Of a stretch of 48,257 bases of DNA, positions 8,921 to 18,141 are shown in pieces. The stretch lies in assembly GCA_027081755.1 (NCBI GenBank), contig JALWJF010000071.1, positions 1-48,257 on the forward strand. The letters run 5' to 3'. A program made the translations under genes and the position numbers. The stretch comes from Desulfurococcales archaeon. GTDB lineage: Archaea > Thermoproteota > Thermoprotei_A > Sulfolobales > Ignicoccaceae. Numbering within the stretch: position 1 is the first letter of the stretch; each line of letters opens with the position of its first letter. The notes below the pieces were generated by a model. That model ran no database searches. It was not told the origin of the DNA and was given only the letters and a program-made list of their open reading frames with translations.

Positions 8921-10069
8921 ATGGTCTCCAAACCTCATGGGGGAAGGCTTGTAGAGAGATTGGCAAGCGAGAAGCTTGCAAAAAGATTAGTTGATGAAGC
9001 ACAAGAGATGTACAAGGTTGAATTAAGTGAAGGTTTAGCATCTGATGTAGCCAATATAGCACATGGAGTATACTCCCCTCTAGAAGGTTTCCTAGTAAGA
9101 GAAGATTACAAAAGCGTTCTAGATAGTATGAGACTGAGCAATGATTTGCCATGGACTATACCAATAATACTAGATGTTGACGAAGAGTTTAAGAAAACCG
9201 TTAAGGAAGGTGATGAAGTAGCTTTATATTATAAAGGAGAACCTTTAGCTATACTTTATGTTGAAGAAATTTATCCTTGGAATAAAAAGGAGTATGCTCA
9301 GAAAGTATTTAAAACGACGGATTCAAGGCACCCCGGCGTAGCCAGGACGTATTCTAAGAAGGAATACTTGGTTGGTGGCCCAATACTCATGATAAGAGAA
9401 ATACCAGAACCTTTTGAACAATACAGACTCTGGCCCAAAGAAACGAGAGTTCTGTTCATGGAAAGGGGATGGAAGAGGATAGCTGCCTTCCAAACTAGGA
9501 ACGTACCCCATATGGGTCACGAATACGTTCAGAAGGCAGCACTTACGTTTACTGACGGTCTCTTCATAAATCCTCTAGTGGGATGGAAAAAACCCGGAGA
9601 CTTTAAGGATGAAGTAATAATAAGGGCTTATGAGGCATTGATAAGGCATTATTATCCTAAAGATTCTGTTGCATTCTCAATATTAAGAATGGAAATGAGA
9701 TATGCCGGTCCGAGGGAGGCCATCCACCATGCTATAGTTAGAAAGAACTTCGGAGCAACGCATTTCATAGTTGGAAGGGACCATGCTGGAGTAGGTAATT
9801 ATTATGGTCCTTATGAGGCTTGGGAATTGTTCAAAGAATTTCCGGATTTAGGCATAATACCTCTCTTTGTAAGAGAGGCATTCTATTGTAAAAAATGTGG
9901 TCAAATGGTTAATGAAAAGATCTGTCCTCACCCAGAGGAATACAGAATAAGAATAAGCGGTACTAAGCTTAGAAAGATGATAAAGGAAGGTAAGAAACCT
10001 CCAGAATACATGATGAGACCAGAGGTAGCGGAAGTAGTTCTATCTTTTAAAAACCCTTTTGTTGAATGA
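8921..10069 (+). CDS. sat: Sulfate adenylyltransferase (ATP sulfurylase)
   Basis: PHGG, YSPLEGF, QTRNVPHMGHE, YAGPREA, VGRDHAG, ISGT motifs; Zn-ribbon CKKC...CPH; ATG 8921 with GAGGTGA RBS. Confidence 0.97.
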   Translation: MVSKPHGGRLVERLASEKLAKRLVDEAQEMYKVELSEGLASDVANIAHGVYSPLEGFLVREDYKSVLDSMRLSNDLPWTIPIILDVDEEFKKTVKEGDEVALYYKGEPLAILYVEEIYPWNKKEYAQKVFKTTDSRHPGVARTYSKKEYLVGGPILMIREIPEPFEQYRLWPKETRVLFMERGWKRIAAFQTRNVPHMGHEYVQKAALTFTDGLFINPLVGWKKPGDFKDEVIIRAYEALIRHYYPKDSVAFSILRMEMRYAGPREAIHHAIVRKNFGATHFIVGRDHAGVGNYYGPYEAWELFKEFPDLGIIPLFVREAFYCKKCGQMVNEKICPHPEEYRIRISGTKLRKMIKEGKKPPEYMMRPEVAEVVLSFKNPFVE

Positions 10070-10082
10070 GAGGTGAAGTTTC

Positions 10083-11420
10083 ATGAAAGTCTTCGTTCTA
10101 GGTCTAGATTCTATGCCACCTAAGTACTTCTATGAAGAGGGTAAGAAGTATTTTCCTAACATCAGCAAGTATCTCGATCAAGCTGATAGATGGAATATGA
10201 AGAGCTGCCATCCTCCAATAACCATTCCAGCATGGATGGTAATGTTTACTGGAAAAACACCGGGCGAGATGGGTATCTATGGTTTTAGACATAGAAAGCC
10301 GGGATCATTCGACTATTATATAGTCAATTCGAGGTATATAAGAGAAAAAGCCGTTTGGGATTACGCTTCGGAAAAGGGCAAAAGGAGCGTACTCTTCGGA
10401 GTACCTCCAACATATCCTCCAAAACCTATCTATGGCTATATGGTAACTGATTTCACTACGCCTTCAACAGCAACTAACTGGGCCTACCCACCAACTCTAA
10501 GAATAGAGCTCGAAAGAAGAGGCTTAAAGCCCATATTTGACATAACGTACAGGAGTGATGATAAGAAAAGAGTGAAAGAGGAGTTATTAGAAATGGTCGA
10601 TAATCATCTGAAGATCGTGAAATATTTAGCTAAAACAAAGAAGTGGGACCTCTTCATATATGTTGAAATAGGTATCGATAGGGCTCATCATGCCTTTCTG
10701 AGGTATTTTGATAGGGAACACCCCAAATACGAAGAGAACGAAGAACTAAACGTAATCCCCGAAGTCTATAGAAAAGTTGACGAGTGGTTTGCCGAAATGA
10801 TCGACGGACCATTGAAAGATACAATCATAGTCTTTCTAAGCGATCATGGCATAAAACCAATGAAAGGGGCCTTTGTGATAAACGAATGGTTGAGAGAAAA
10901 GGGGTTCCTATCGTTTAGACGGGAGCCTAAAGAAGGTGAAGATTTGAAGGAAGACATGATAGACTGGAACAAGACCTACGCTTGGGCGTGGGGAGGCTAC
11001 TACTCTAGGGTCTTCATAAACTTGAAGGGGAGAGAAAAGTACGGAATAGTTGAAGAAAAAGACTATGAAACGATAAGAGAAGACTTGAGAAGAGAAGTGC
11101 TTGCCATAAGAGGACCAAACAATGAAGAATGGGAGAACATGGCCTATAAACCTGAAGAGCTATACCCAGAAGTTAAGGGGGATCCTCCAGACCTAATGGT
11201 ATACTTAGACAACCTAAACTGGAGACCTGTGGGAACAGTAGGTTGGAGCACACTGTACCTAGATAGGAATGATAAGGGCGCTGACGATGCCGTCCATGAC
11301 TGGTACGGTATACTTAGTGTTTACGATCCTGAAGGGAGAACCGGTAGGGATAGGGGAATTATTGAAGCCCACGAGGTCCCTAAGGTCCTTAGGGGACTGA
11401 TAAACGATGAAATGCCTTGA
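10083..11420 (+). CDS. Alkaline phosphatase superfamily protein (type I phosphodiesterase/NPP-like, COG3379-like), cytoplasmic
   Basis: GLDS, PPITIPAW (Thr nucleophile), DRAHH, SDHG, AVH metal ligands; no signal peptide. Confidence 0.9.
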   Translation: MKVFVLGLDSMPPKYFYEEGKKYFPNISKYLDQADRWNMKSCHPPITIPAWMVMFTGKTPGEMGIYGFRHRKPGSFDYYIVNSRYIREKAVWDYASEKGKRSVLFGVPPTYPPKPIYGYMVTDFTTPSTATNWAYPPTLRIELERRGLKPIFDITYRSDDKKRVKEELLEMVDNHLKIVKYLAKTKKWDLFIYVEIGIDRAHHAFLRYFDREHPKYEENEELNVIPEVYRKVDEWFAEMIDGPLKDTIIVFLSDHGIKPMKGAFVINEWLREKGFLSFRREPKEGEDLKEDMIDWNKTYAWAWGGYYSRVFINLKGREKYGIVEEKDYETIREDLRREVLAIRGPNNEEWENMAYKPEELYPEVKGDPPDLMVYLDNLNWRPVGTVGWSTLYLDRNDKGADDAVHDWYGILSVYDPEGRTGRDRGIIEAHEVPKVLRGLINDEMP

Positions 11421-11976
11421 TAAAGCCCCGGTTTTCTGGCTAACAGGTCTTCCGGGTTCTGGGAAGACTACCTTAGCAAAGAGAGTGTCCGAAGAATTAA
11501 AAAAGATGGGATATAAGGTAGAAGTATTGGATGGGGATTGGGTTAGAAAAACCATAAATCCTGAAGCAGGCTTCACAAAGGAGGAAAGATCACGTCATTT
11601 GAGAAGAGTTGCTTGGATTGCTAGGCTCTTGGCAAGGAATGGTATAATCACCTTCTGTTCCTTTGTCTCCCCATACCGAGATGTTAGGGAAGAGATAAGG
11701 AAGATAGTATCAGAAGAAGTCCACTTTTATGAGATATACGTAAGGGCCTCCTTGGAAGAGGTTATAAAAAGGGACCCCAAGGGCTTGTATAAGAAGGCCC
11801 TTAAGGGTGAAATCAAGAACTTCACCGGCATAAGTGATCCATACGAGGAACCAACCAATCCGGATCTAGTGATAGATACCGAGAAGGAGAGTGTTGAAGA
11901 GAGTGTGAAGAGGCTTTTAGACTTCGTACTAGAGAAGATAAGGACGGTGGATAAACGTGCCCAAGTTAACCCTTGA
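11407..11976 (+). CDS. cysC: Adenylyl-sulfate (APS) kinase
   Basis: WLTGLPGSGKTT, LDGD, SFVSPY, RDPKGLYKKA, FTGISDPYEEP motifs. Confidence 0.97.
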   Translation: MKCLDKAPVFWLTGLPGSGKTTLAKRVSEELKKMGYKVEVLDGDWVRKTINPEAGFTKEERSRHLRRVAWIARLLARNGIITFCSFVSPYRDVREEIRKIVSEEVHFYEIYVRASLEEVIKRDPKGLYKKALKGEIKNFTGISDPYEEPTNPDLVIDTEKESVEESVKRLLDFVLEKIRTVDKRAQVNP

Positions 11977-12157
11977 TCTTGACGAGGTTACATTAGCTAA
12001 GCTTGTAAAAGTCGCTGAAGAATCCGGTTACTCAAAGGTAGAGGATTTCTTGAAGTTTCTCATAGAGGAAGCCATAAGCGCTTATGATGTGAGTTTAGAC
12101 GAAAAAGAGGTTGAAGAGATAAAGGAAAGGTTGAGAAGGTTAGGATATGTGGAATAA
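11957..12157 (+). CDS. Second small CopG/RHH-like protein with C-terminal EEIKERLRRLGYVE tail
   Basis: KLTLDL strand, helix-GYS-helix; overlaps the cysC end; shares the tail with 8701..8910. Confidence 0.8.
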   Translation: MPKLTLDLDEVTLAKLVKVAEESGYSKVEDFLKFLIEEAISAYDVSLDEKEVEEIKERLRRLGYVE

Positions 12158-12161
12158 CTTT

Positions 12162-12425
12162 TTATATTAATCCTATTTGGCTTGCTATCTTGCTTGCCTC
12201 ATATTCTGGCGCTAACTTCACATACGCTTTCTTCTCGCCCTTAGATGTTATTAATGTGTTCACTTTCACCACCTTGACATTGTATAGCCTCTCGATTGCA
12301 TACTTTATTTCTGGTTTAGTGGCGTCCCTTCTAACTATGAAAGTCAGCGTATTGTACTTCTCCATGAGCATTATTGCTTTTTCCGTGTGTAAAGGTCTTA
12401 TGATTATATCCTCTGGAGCCCTCAT
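12162..12425 (-). CDS. rpl23: 50S ribosomal protein L23
   Basis: [24 protein letters not shown]; L3-L4-L23 order. Confidence 0.97.
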   Translation of the reverse strand: MRAPEDIIIRPLHTEKAIMLMEKYNTLTFIVRRDATKPEIKYAIERLYNVKVVKVNTLITSKGEKKAYVKLAPEYEASKIASQIGLI

Positions 12426-13252
12426 GGTGAGAACCTCCTCCCTATTTCTCCTAAAGCCTTCTGGGTTATAATGGTCAACCTACCAGGTACGCCTCCGGGA
12501 GCTAGGTGCTTAACACTCAACACATTGACGGCGACTACGTCCGTACCCGGGAAGGCGCCAGCGGCATTTCTAACCTTGGCTTCCTCACTACTTACTATCA
12601 CTAATGGTCCTACTCTCTTCTTGTACCTCCTTCCTCTCATCTTACCTTTGGTACTCCTTTGCCTCCACTGTGAGGCTCTCTCAACGTCATCCCAAACTCC
12701 TAGCTTTTCGAAGACTTCTCTGAGTTGTTTAGCACTACTAACGCTTTCAAGATCATCAACAACTATCAGTGGGAACTCTTTTACGTTGTTTATTGCATGG
12801 CCTCTCCTTTCAACGAACTCCTTCTTTGCAGTAGCAGCTAGTGCACTCATTATGGCCAGAAGTCTTTCCTTCTTGTTTATCTCTTCGTGAATCTTCTTGT
12901 CAGGTCTAGGAGGGAAAGCCAAGTGTCCCCCTCTAGTACTGCTCACGAATGCACCTCTAGCAGTTCCCTTGATCCTAGGTATCCTTGCTAAACCTCTGCC
13001 CGGCCCCAAGCTCTCGGCAGTCGTCCTCTTGCCGGCCATTGGATCCCTTCCTTTTGGTTGGAGTCTCGCTGTGAACGCGCTAAGGAACGCTCTCCTTATT
13101 AGGTCTTCCCTGACCGGTAATGCAAAGACTCTCGGCAGTTCTACTTCTTCTACTATTTCACCATTTAGATTATAGACGTTCCTTTTCATATCCTCTAGAA
13201 GTTGGAACACTCTAGCTTGGAACCACAAATTACCTAACCAAGACCTCTCCAC
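12422..13252 (-). CDS. rpl4: 50S ribosomal protein L4
   Basis: [37 protein letters not shown] motifs. Confidence 0.97.
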   Translation of the reverse strand: MERSWLGNLWFQARVFQLLEDMKRNVYNLNGEIVEEVELPRVFALPVREDLIRRAFLSAFTARLQPKGRDPMAGKRTTAESLGPGRGLARIPRIKGTARGAFVSSTRGGHLAFPPRPDKKIHEEINKKERLLAIMSALAATAKKEFVERRGHAINNVKEFPLIVVDDLESVSSAKQLREVFEKLGVWDDVERASQWRQRSTKGKMRGRRYKKRVGPLVIVSSEEAKVRNAAGAFPGTDVVAVNVLSVKHLAPGGVPGRLTIITQKALGEIGRRFSP

Positions 13253-13263
13253 AATTCATCACC

Positions 13264-14340
13264 TCAGTTACCCTGTTTCGAGGAGAGACTGATGTAATTG
13301 ATTGGGGGAGGTCCAGGAGGCTCCCAGCTAGGAGGCCTTATAGGGAGCCTCAAGATTATGGGTCTCTTAGGTGGACCGAATACACTTCCAGCGAGAACAA
13401 CGTATTTGCTCTTAACTAAGCCGTAATGCAACCATCCCCCTTTCACATTTATCTTGCTTGGATCGTCGCTTATCATAAGCACCCTCTTATTGTATTCAGT
13501 CCTCCGGTGGTAACCCATTTGACCTGGCTGAGGCACATAGCTTGAAGTGCCCTTACCCCAGCTCCTAGCTCCGACTCTCCTAGATCCTTTTCTGTGTTTG
13601 TGCCATTTGGGTAACTCCTTTACACCAAACCTTTTTATCACTCCTTGGAAGCCCTTACCCTTTGTGACGCCTATTATATCTATAAACTTCCCTGCCTCTA
13701 TAACTTCTTCAACATCAAGCAAGTTTCCAACTTTGTTCTTAGCATATTCTAAGGCATCTGCTGGATTCCCTCCAATTTTTACTTCCAAGATATCGGGGGC
13801 TTTCTTGTTCACACCACCAGCTAAGAAGGGTATAGATGACAGAATCAGTCCTACCTCTACAACTCTATCTACGTTAACGTCAAGCTCCCTTTGGGGTAGT
13901 TTGAGTTCAAATCCTTTGTTGGGTCCCAGAGGTTCTACCATATGAGGTAGTCTCCTGCTCATACCTAATAGGTACTTTCTAAGTACTTCTTCACCGAGCT
14001 GAGACTTTATGGTTTCACTAGGATCTTTCCACACTTCAGTAATCGAATACTTCCCCTTGTTAGGATCGTAGCCGTAGACCCTGACACCCAAAGCCACCAT
14101 GGGTGGCGTTTCTATTACGGTAACGGGGACGAAGACCTCTTGACCAGCCGTCTCAACATGTTCCCTATCATCTATCATAAGCACATGAGTCATTCCTACT
14201 TTATAGCCTAGGAAGGCCATTGGTTTGGCTACATCTATCTTTGGCCAGCTCCTAACCCTCGGTACTATACTTGTAGCTCTCTTCCTAGGCCTAAGCCCTG
14301 CTGTACCTCTACGAGGCGCTTCTTTCTTTCGTGCTCCCAT
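13264..14340 (-). CDS. rpl3: 50S ribosomal protein L3
   Basis: GYKVGMTH, VTVIETPP, TKGKGFQGVIKRFG, GQMGYHRRTEYNKR motifs. Confidence 0.98.
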   Translation of the reverse strand: MGARKKEAPRRGTAGLRPRKRATSIVPRVRSWPKIDVAKPMAFLGYKVGMTHVLMIDDREHVETAGQEVFVPVTVIETPPMVALGVRVYGYDPNKGKYSITEVWKDPSETIKSQLGEEVLRKYLLGMSRRLPHMVEPLGPNKGFELKLPQRELDVNVDRVVEVGLILSSIPFLAGGVNKKAPDILEVKIGGNPADALEYAKNKVGNLLDVEEVIEAGKFIDIIGVTKGKGFQGVIKRFGVKELPKWHKHRKGSRRVGARSWGKGTSSYVPQPGQMGYHRRTEYNKRVLMISDDPSKINVKGGWLHYGLVKSKYVVLAGSVFGPPKRPIILRLPIRPPSWEPPGPPPINYISLSSKQGN

Positions 14341-14389
14341 TCTTCGCTCCCCACTGGGCTCAACGACTGACCCTTTTGAAGGAATCGTT

Positions 14390-14518
14390 TCATTTTTCGC
14401 CTAAGAGCTCCTTTGTGAGCTTCTTTCCAAGCTTTACTCCTTGTTTAAACGTAATTATGCTGTATAGAATTATACCCAAATATATTGCTATCAGGATAGA
14501 GATTATGATCCATATCAT
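14390..14518 (-). CDS. Unannotated 42-aa single-pass membrane protein (MIWIIISILIAIYLGIILYSIITFKQGVKLGKKLTKELLGEK)
   Basis: ATG overlaps the upstream gene's TGA (ATGA coupling); hydrophobic helix followed by a basic tail; fills the gap before the rpl3 upstream region. Confidence 0.7.
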   Translation of the reverse strand: MIWIIISILIAIYLGIILYSIITFKQGVKLGKKLTKELLGEK

Positions 14519-15849
14519 TTTGCTCTCCCCCCAACGAGCTTGCTCCTTATCTTAAGTCTTAGAATCCACTTCTTTCTTATCTTTCTGGCGTTCTCCAAAT
14601 GTTCTTTTATCTTATCTCTAAGGTTTTCATTGCCTATCCATACCTCTTTTCCTTCAGTATCATATAGGTATATTAAACCTCTGCCTTTCTCATAGGTCGC
14701 TACCATTATTGCCATATAGTTAGGTTCCATGGTAACTATGGAGGAAACTACATCATCCCTAGATGGGGCTTCCCACGGAACTCCCAACTCCTTAGCAGCG
14801 ACCTCCGGTATCTGCGTGTATGCATTTATTTCGGGCTTTTCCATGCCGGCAACCCTAAAGGGCACCCTTACTTCCTCTAGAGGAGGCACTCTAGGATGAC
14901 TTATCATACAGCTTTCACCAAAGAATTCGGGATGATCTCCGGTAAGTAAGATGCTCCAGCCTTCTGGTACAAGCTCCTCAGCTAGTCTCTCTGCAAATCT
15001 TGCTAAAGCTTCATTGCACCTCAAGTACTCTCTATAGGCCTCTTTAAGCACTTCATTATTCAATATAGCATCTCTTATTTGTTTACATCTCTCTTTAAAC
15101 CACCACTCAACTTCGTCTATTTTATAGGGTCTGAAGAGCCAGCTTAAGTACATGTGGGCCACAACGTACTTTAGATTAAACATGAATCTACACATGTAAG
15201 GAGCATGAGGCGTAAAGAGGTGAGCATAAACGAAAAGTTTCCTATTATCTCTCCCCAAATCTTTAAGAAATTTGATTAATTTGTCACCTATAAAATCTAC
15301 ATGAACATCCGGAAGTCCTTTTCCTAGTTCTTTTCCTAACGGACCTAGCATTCTAACAAAATAATTAAACAACACTGAATGAGTGAAAGGTTCATCTTTA
15401 TGCCTAATAATTCTTATCAATTCATGCAGAACTTTCGCAAATGCTTTACTAATTAACATATTACCAGGATGAAGCTCATCAAAACCTGAGGTACCAAACG
15501 CAACATCTATTTGTCTTAGCAAAACTGGTCTAACGCCAACCTTTCTCATAGCGTGTGCGACTGAGGAATCTCTCATCATTTCGGCACTTTTCCTAAAAAA
15601 GTAGAAGATCGAGAGCGAAGTTGGATCGATGACATCACGGGAGATGTTACCTATTACCTCCTTATAGGGATCATACTCACCGGGCCAGAAGACCTCCGAA
15701 GCGTGTAAGCCAAAAGAGAGCGAGAAAGTTGCTCCCGAGGTTTGTGGGTAAGCCGGTAACAGTGGTTTGACGTCCTTGAAGCCTTTAATGTTTCTGAGGG
15801 TGTCGTTCCTCAAGGAGTCGCCGACCAACAGCAGTACCTTGTCTGCCAT
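14515..15849 (-). CDS. Sulfatase-fold (AlkP superfamily) hydrolase/transferase with Thr nucleophile
   Basis: LLVGDSLR, PQTSGATFSL (no CxPxR), HLFTPHAPY, TGDHPEFFGE, SHP; start moved to ATG 15849. Confidence 0.8.
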   Translation of the reverse strand: MADKVLLLVGDSLRNDTLRNIKGFKDVKPLLPAYPQTSGATFSLSFGLHASEVFWPGEYDPYKEVIGNISRDVIDPTSLSIFYFFRKSAEMMRDSSVAHAMRKVGVRPVLLRQIDVAFGTSGFDELHPGNMLISKAFAKVLHELIRIIRHKDEPFTHSVLFNYFVRMLGPLGKELGKGLPDVHVDFIGDKLIKFLKDLGRDNRKLFVYAHLFTPHAPYMCRFMFNLKYVVAHMYLSWLFRPYKIDEVEWWFKERCKQIRDAILNNEVLKEAYREYLRCNEALARFAERLAEELVPEGWSILLTGDHPEFFGESCMISHPRVPPLEEVRVPFRVAGMEKPEINAYTQIPEVAAKELGVPWEAPSRDDVVSSIVTMEPNYMAIMVATYEKGRGLIYLYDTEGKEVWIGNENLRDKIKEHLENARKIRKKWILRLKIRSKLVGGRAK

Positions 15850-15899
15850 TACGCGCACCGACGAGGAGTTGAAAGAACATATTAAAAAGGCGCCAAAGG

Positions 15900-17386
15900 T
15901 CACCTCACGCTGAGCAAGCTGACTGACTCCTCGTACTTCTTCAAAATCGCTTTGTATTCTTTCAACTCTTTTTGGATTTCTTTCGAGAGCTTCTCGAACT
16001 CCGCTATCGTCTTTTCCATTGCGTCTTTGAATAAGCACTTAACTACTTTGTCCAGTCCTCCCATCTTTCTGGCCTCTTCTCTATACTTTATAATATCTAC
16101 TATCTTGGTGGCGCTCAGTATACCGTTAATAATCTTTAGCGCTTGCTGAGGATTGCAGCTAACTGACGGCATTTCCTTTTTCATTTTCATTACTATCTGT
16201 TTCATTTGGTTGAAGGTACTATTCATCATGGCCAGATTCACCTTTACCTTCTGTACCAAATCCATCATTTTGTAACGCTTGAAAGTTCGGTTCCTTTACT
16301 AGGAGCAACTTGAACTCGTCAATGGACTCTTTAAGATCGTTCTCGAAAGTTATGAAGCGTCTATACATGTCGTTCAGTTGTGCCATGGTTGGTAGGTACG
16401 CTATGTTGCTCTGGAACGGACCTTTGAGCAAGGTCGCCTTATACCCAGAACTCTGTGACACCTTGTTATAAATCTTGGTTAGCTGCTCGAAGGGCGAGAT
16501 TAAGGGAGAGGAAATGTTCGTAATGCCTTCGTTGGCTACAGTCATCGCTTGAGTTATAGTTATTGGTGTGCATGGAATTGTCTTAGTGACTGTTGTGGTA
16601 ATAGTTATTGTGATAAGCTTTGTGGCAGTGGTCGTTCTAGTAACAGTTGAAGTGAGTACTCGAGCATTTGTTGTGATTGAAGTGTACTCTTCAACCTTAT
16701 ACACATATATCCTTCCATCCCCAAGCCCAATAGCTATCCTGTCCATCCACCAAGCGACGGAGACAACTTCCATATTGTACTCCTTCTCCAGTACCAAGTT
16801 TCCATTTATGTCATAGATCTTGAGCTTATTGTTGTTCCAATCAGCCACAGCTATGTACTTGCAGTCCGGACTGAAGGTCACTTGGAAAGCAAAGTAGAAC
16901 CTCCAACGTTCCAAATCTCCTTTGGCTCTGTTGGATCGCTCAAGTCGTAGAGGTAGAGGTGAGACCAAGTTGAAACTGCTAAGTAATTGCCACAGACAGC
17001 TGTATCCCAAGCACTTTCACCATAGCTTATTTCATTAATAATCTTTCCATCCTTTATGATCAAGAGCTTTTTCAGCTGATATCAGCCACGTACCAATAGC
17101 CTTGGTAATACGAAGGTCCATTGTAACAACTCCAACATAGACCTTCTTGATCAAGTTTCCATTTTCATCGGTTATGTAGGCGTAATCATCAAAATTGATG
17201 AAGCCGAACGTTTGAGTATGAATCATCTTCCATATCATTATTTTAACAAACATTGTTCAGCAAGTTTCCGTTATCGCTGAAGGCAAGACCATAAATTACG
17301 CCTCCAGCTTTGTAATACCAAAGCTGTGTTAGGCTTAATGCTTTGAGCAAGGTTAAGGTCAATAAAAGCAGAGCCAATGGTCTCAT
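15900..17386 (-). pseudogene. Decayed secreted WD40-like beta-propeller / Thr-rich linker / helical-domain protein
   Basis: ATG 17386 with signal peptide MRPLALLLLTLTLL, then GLAFSDNGNL and an early stop; continuation split over frames 17035-17253, 16878-17063, 16219-17010 and 15900-16268 with propeller-type motifs (TDENGNLIKK, FSPDCKYIAVAD, DINGNLV). Confidence 0.8.
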
Positions 17387-17575
17387 TTTGTTCCCTATTT
17401 TCAAAACGATGGAGTGAGAATAAAGCCTTGCGTTGCCATTTCACAAAATCAAGTTACTATGTCGTCATTTCAATCCTTGTCCTCGTTAAAGGTAAAAAAG
17501 CTAAAAGAGTACACAAATCACTAGGATTGCCTAGTCAACGACCAAGGGATGTATCGATTTGAGTGAAACAAAAGG

Positions 17576-18001
17576 TTATAGTTTCTTCATTACCTTTTCA
17601 AACTCCGTTGGGAGGTAGTAGGCTTCCACCCCATACTTCCTAGCGTTATCAACCATTACCTTGTCAGAGCTAACTAAGACATCTGAAACCTTATAGGCCA
17701 CTGCTATGTAATAAGCATCTATAGCTCTGCAGCCAGTAGTTAAGGCTATTTCGAAGAGCGTGTCGTATTCAATATCGTCAACGATGATGACTCTCTGCAA
17801 TATCTCATCATATATCTTTTTGGACACTTCCCTAGGCCTCCTCCTCACGAGTTGAGAGATCAGTTCTATACCGAATACCTCCGGTTCTAGGATGTCATGA
17901 CCTTTCTCATCCAACGCCTTCAAGAACTCAAAGGCTAACTTGCTTCTCCCTTCATCATAAACGAATAGAGCGTCTACGAAGACGGAGACGTCAACTATCA
18001 T
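17576..18001 (-). CDS. vapC: PIN-domain toxin (type II TA)
   Basis: IVDVSVFV, E, RAIDAYYIA, LVSSD acidic tetrad. Confidence 0.9.
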   Translation of the reverse strand: MIVDVSVFVDALFVYDEGRSKLAFEFLKALDEKGHDILEPEVFGIELISQLVRRRPREVSKKIYDEILQRVIIVDDIEYDTLFEIALTTGCRAIDAYYIAVAYKVSDVLVSSDKVMVDNARKYGVEAYYLPTEFEKVMKKL

Positions 18002-18141
18002 CTCCTTTCCCTTAGGAACTCCTCGAGGACGTCTTCATTCACGTTGATGGAGTATTTCCTTATTACCTCGGATATTCCCTTTGATATGCTGAGTTTGTTT
18101 AGTGCAACCTTGCTTATCCTCACCCTTATTGTCTCAGACAT
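17998..18141 (-). CDS. vapB: Putative VapB antitoxin, 47 aa (MSETIRVRISKVALNKLSISKGISEVIRKYSINVNEDVLEEFLRERR)
   Basis: ATGA overlap with vapC; GGAG RBS; C-terminal LEEFLRERR typical of archaeal antitoxins; below the ORF-track cutoff. Confidence 0.75.
   Translation of the reverse strand: MSETIRVRISKVALNKLSISKGISEVIRKYSINVNEDVLEEFLRERR

Noticed and set aside
8921-11976. Dissimilatory or assimilatory sulfate reduction
   Set aside because: No aprAB, dsrAB, cysH or sulfite reductase in the window, and APS kinase points to PAPS; genes elsewhere in the genome cannot be excluded.
15850-16038. N-terminal extension of the sulfatase-like ORF
   Set aside because: It overlaps the pseudogene end in another frame; the domain begins at MADKVLLLVGDS (15849).
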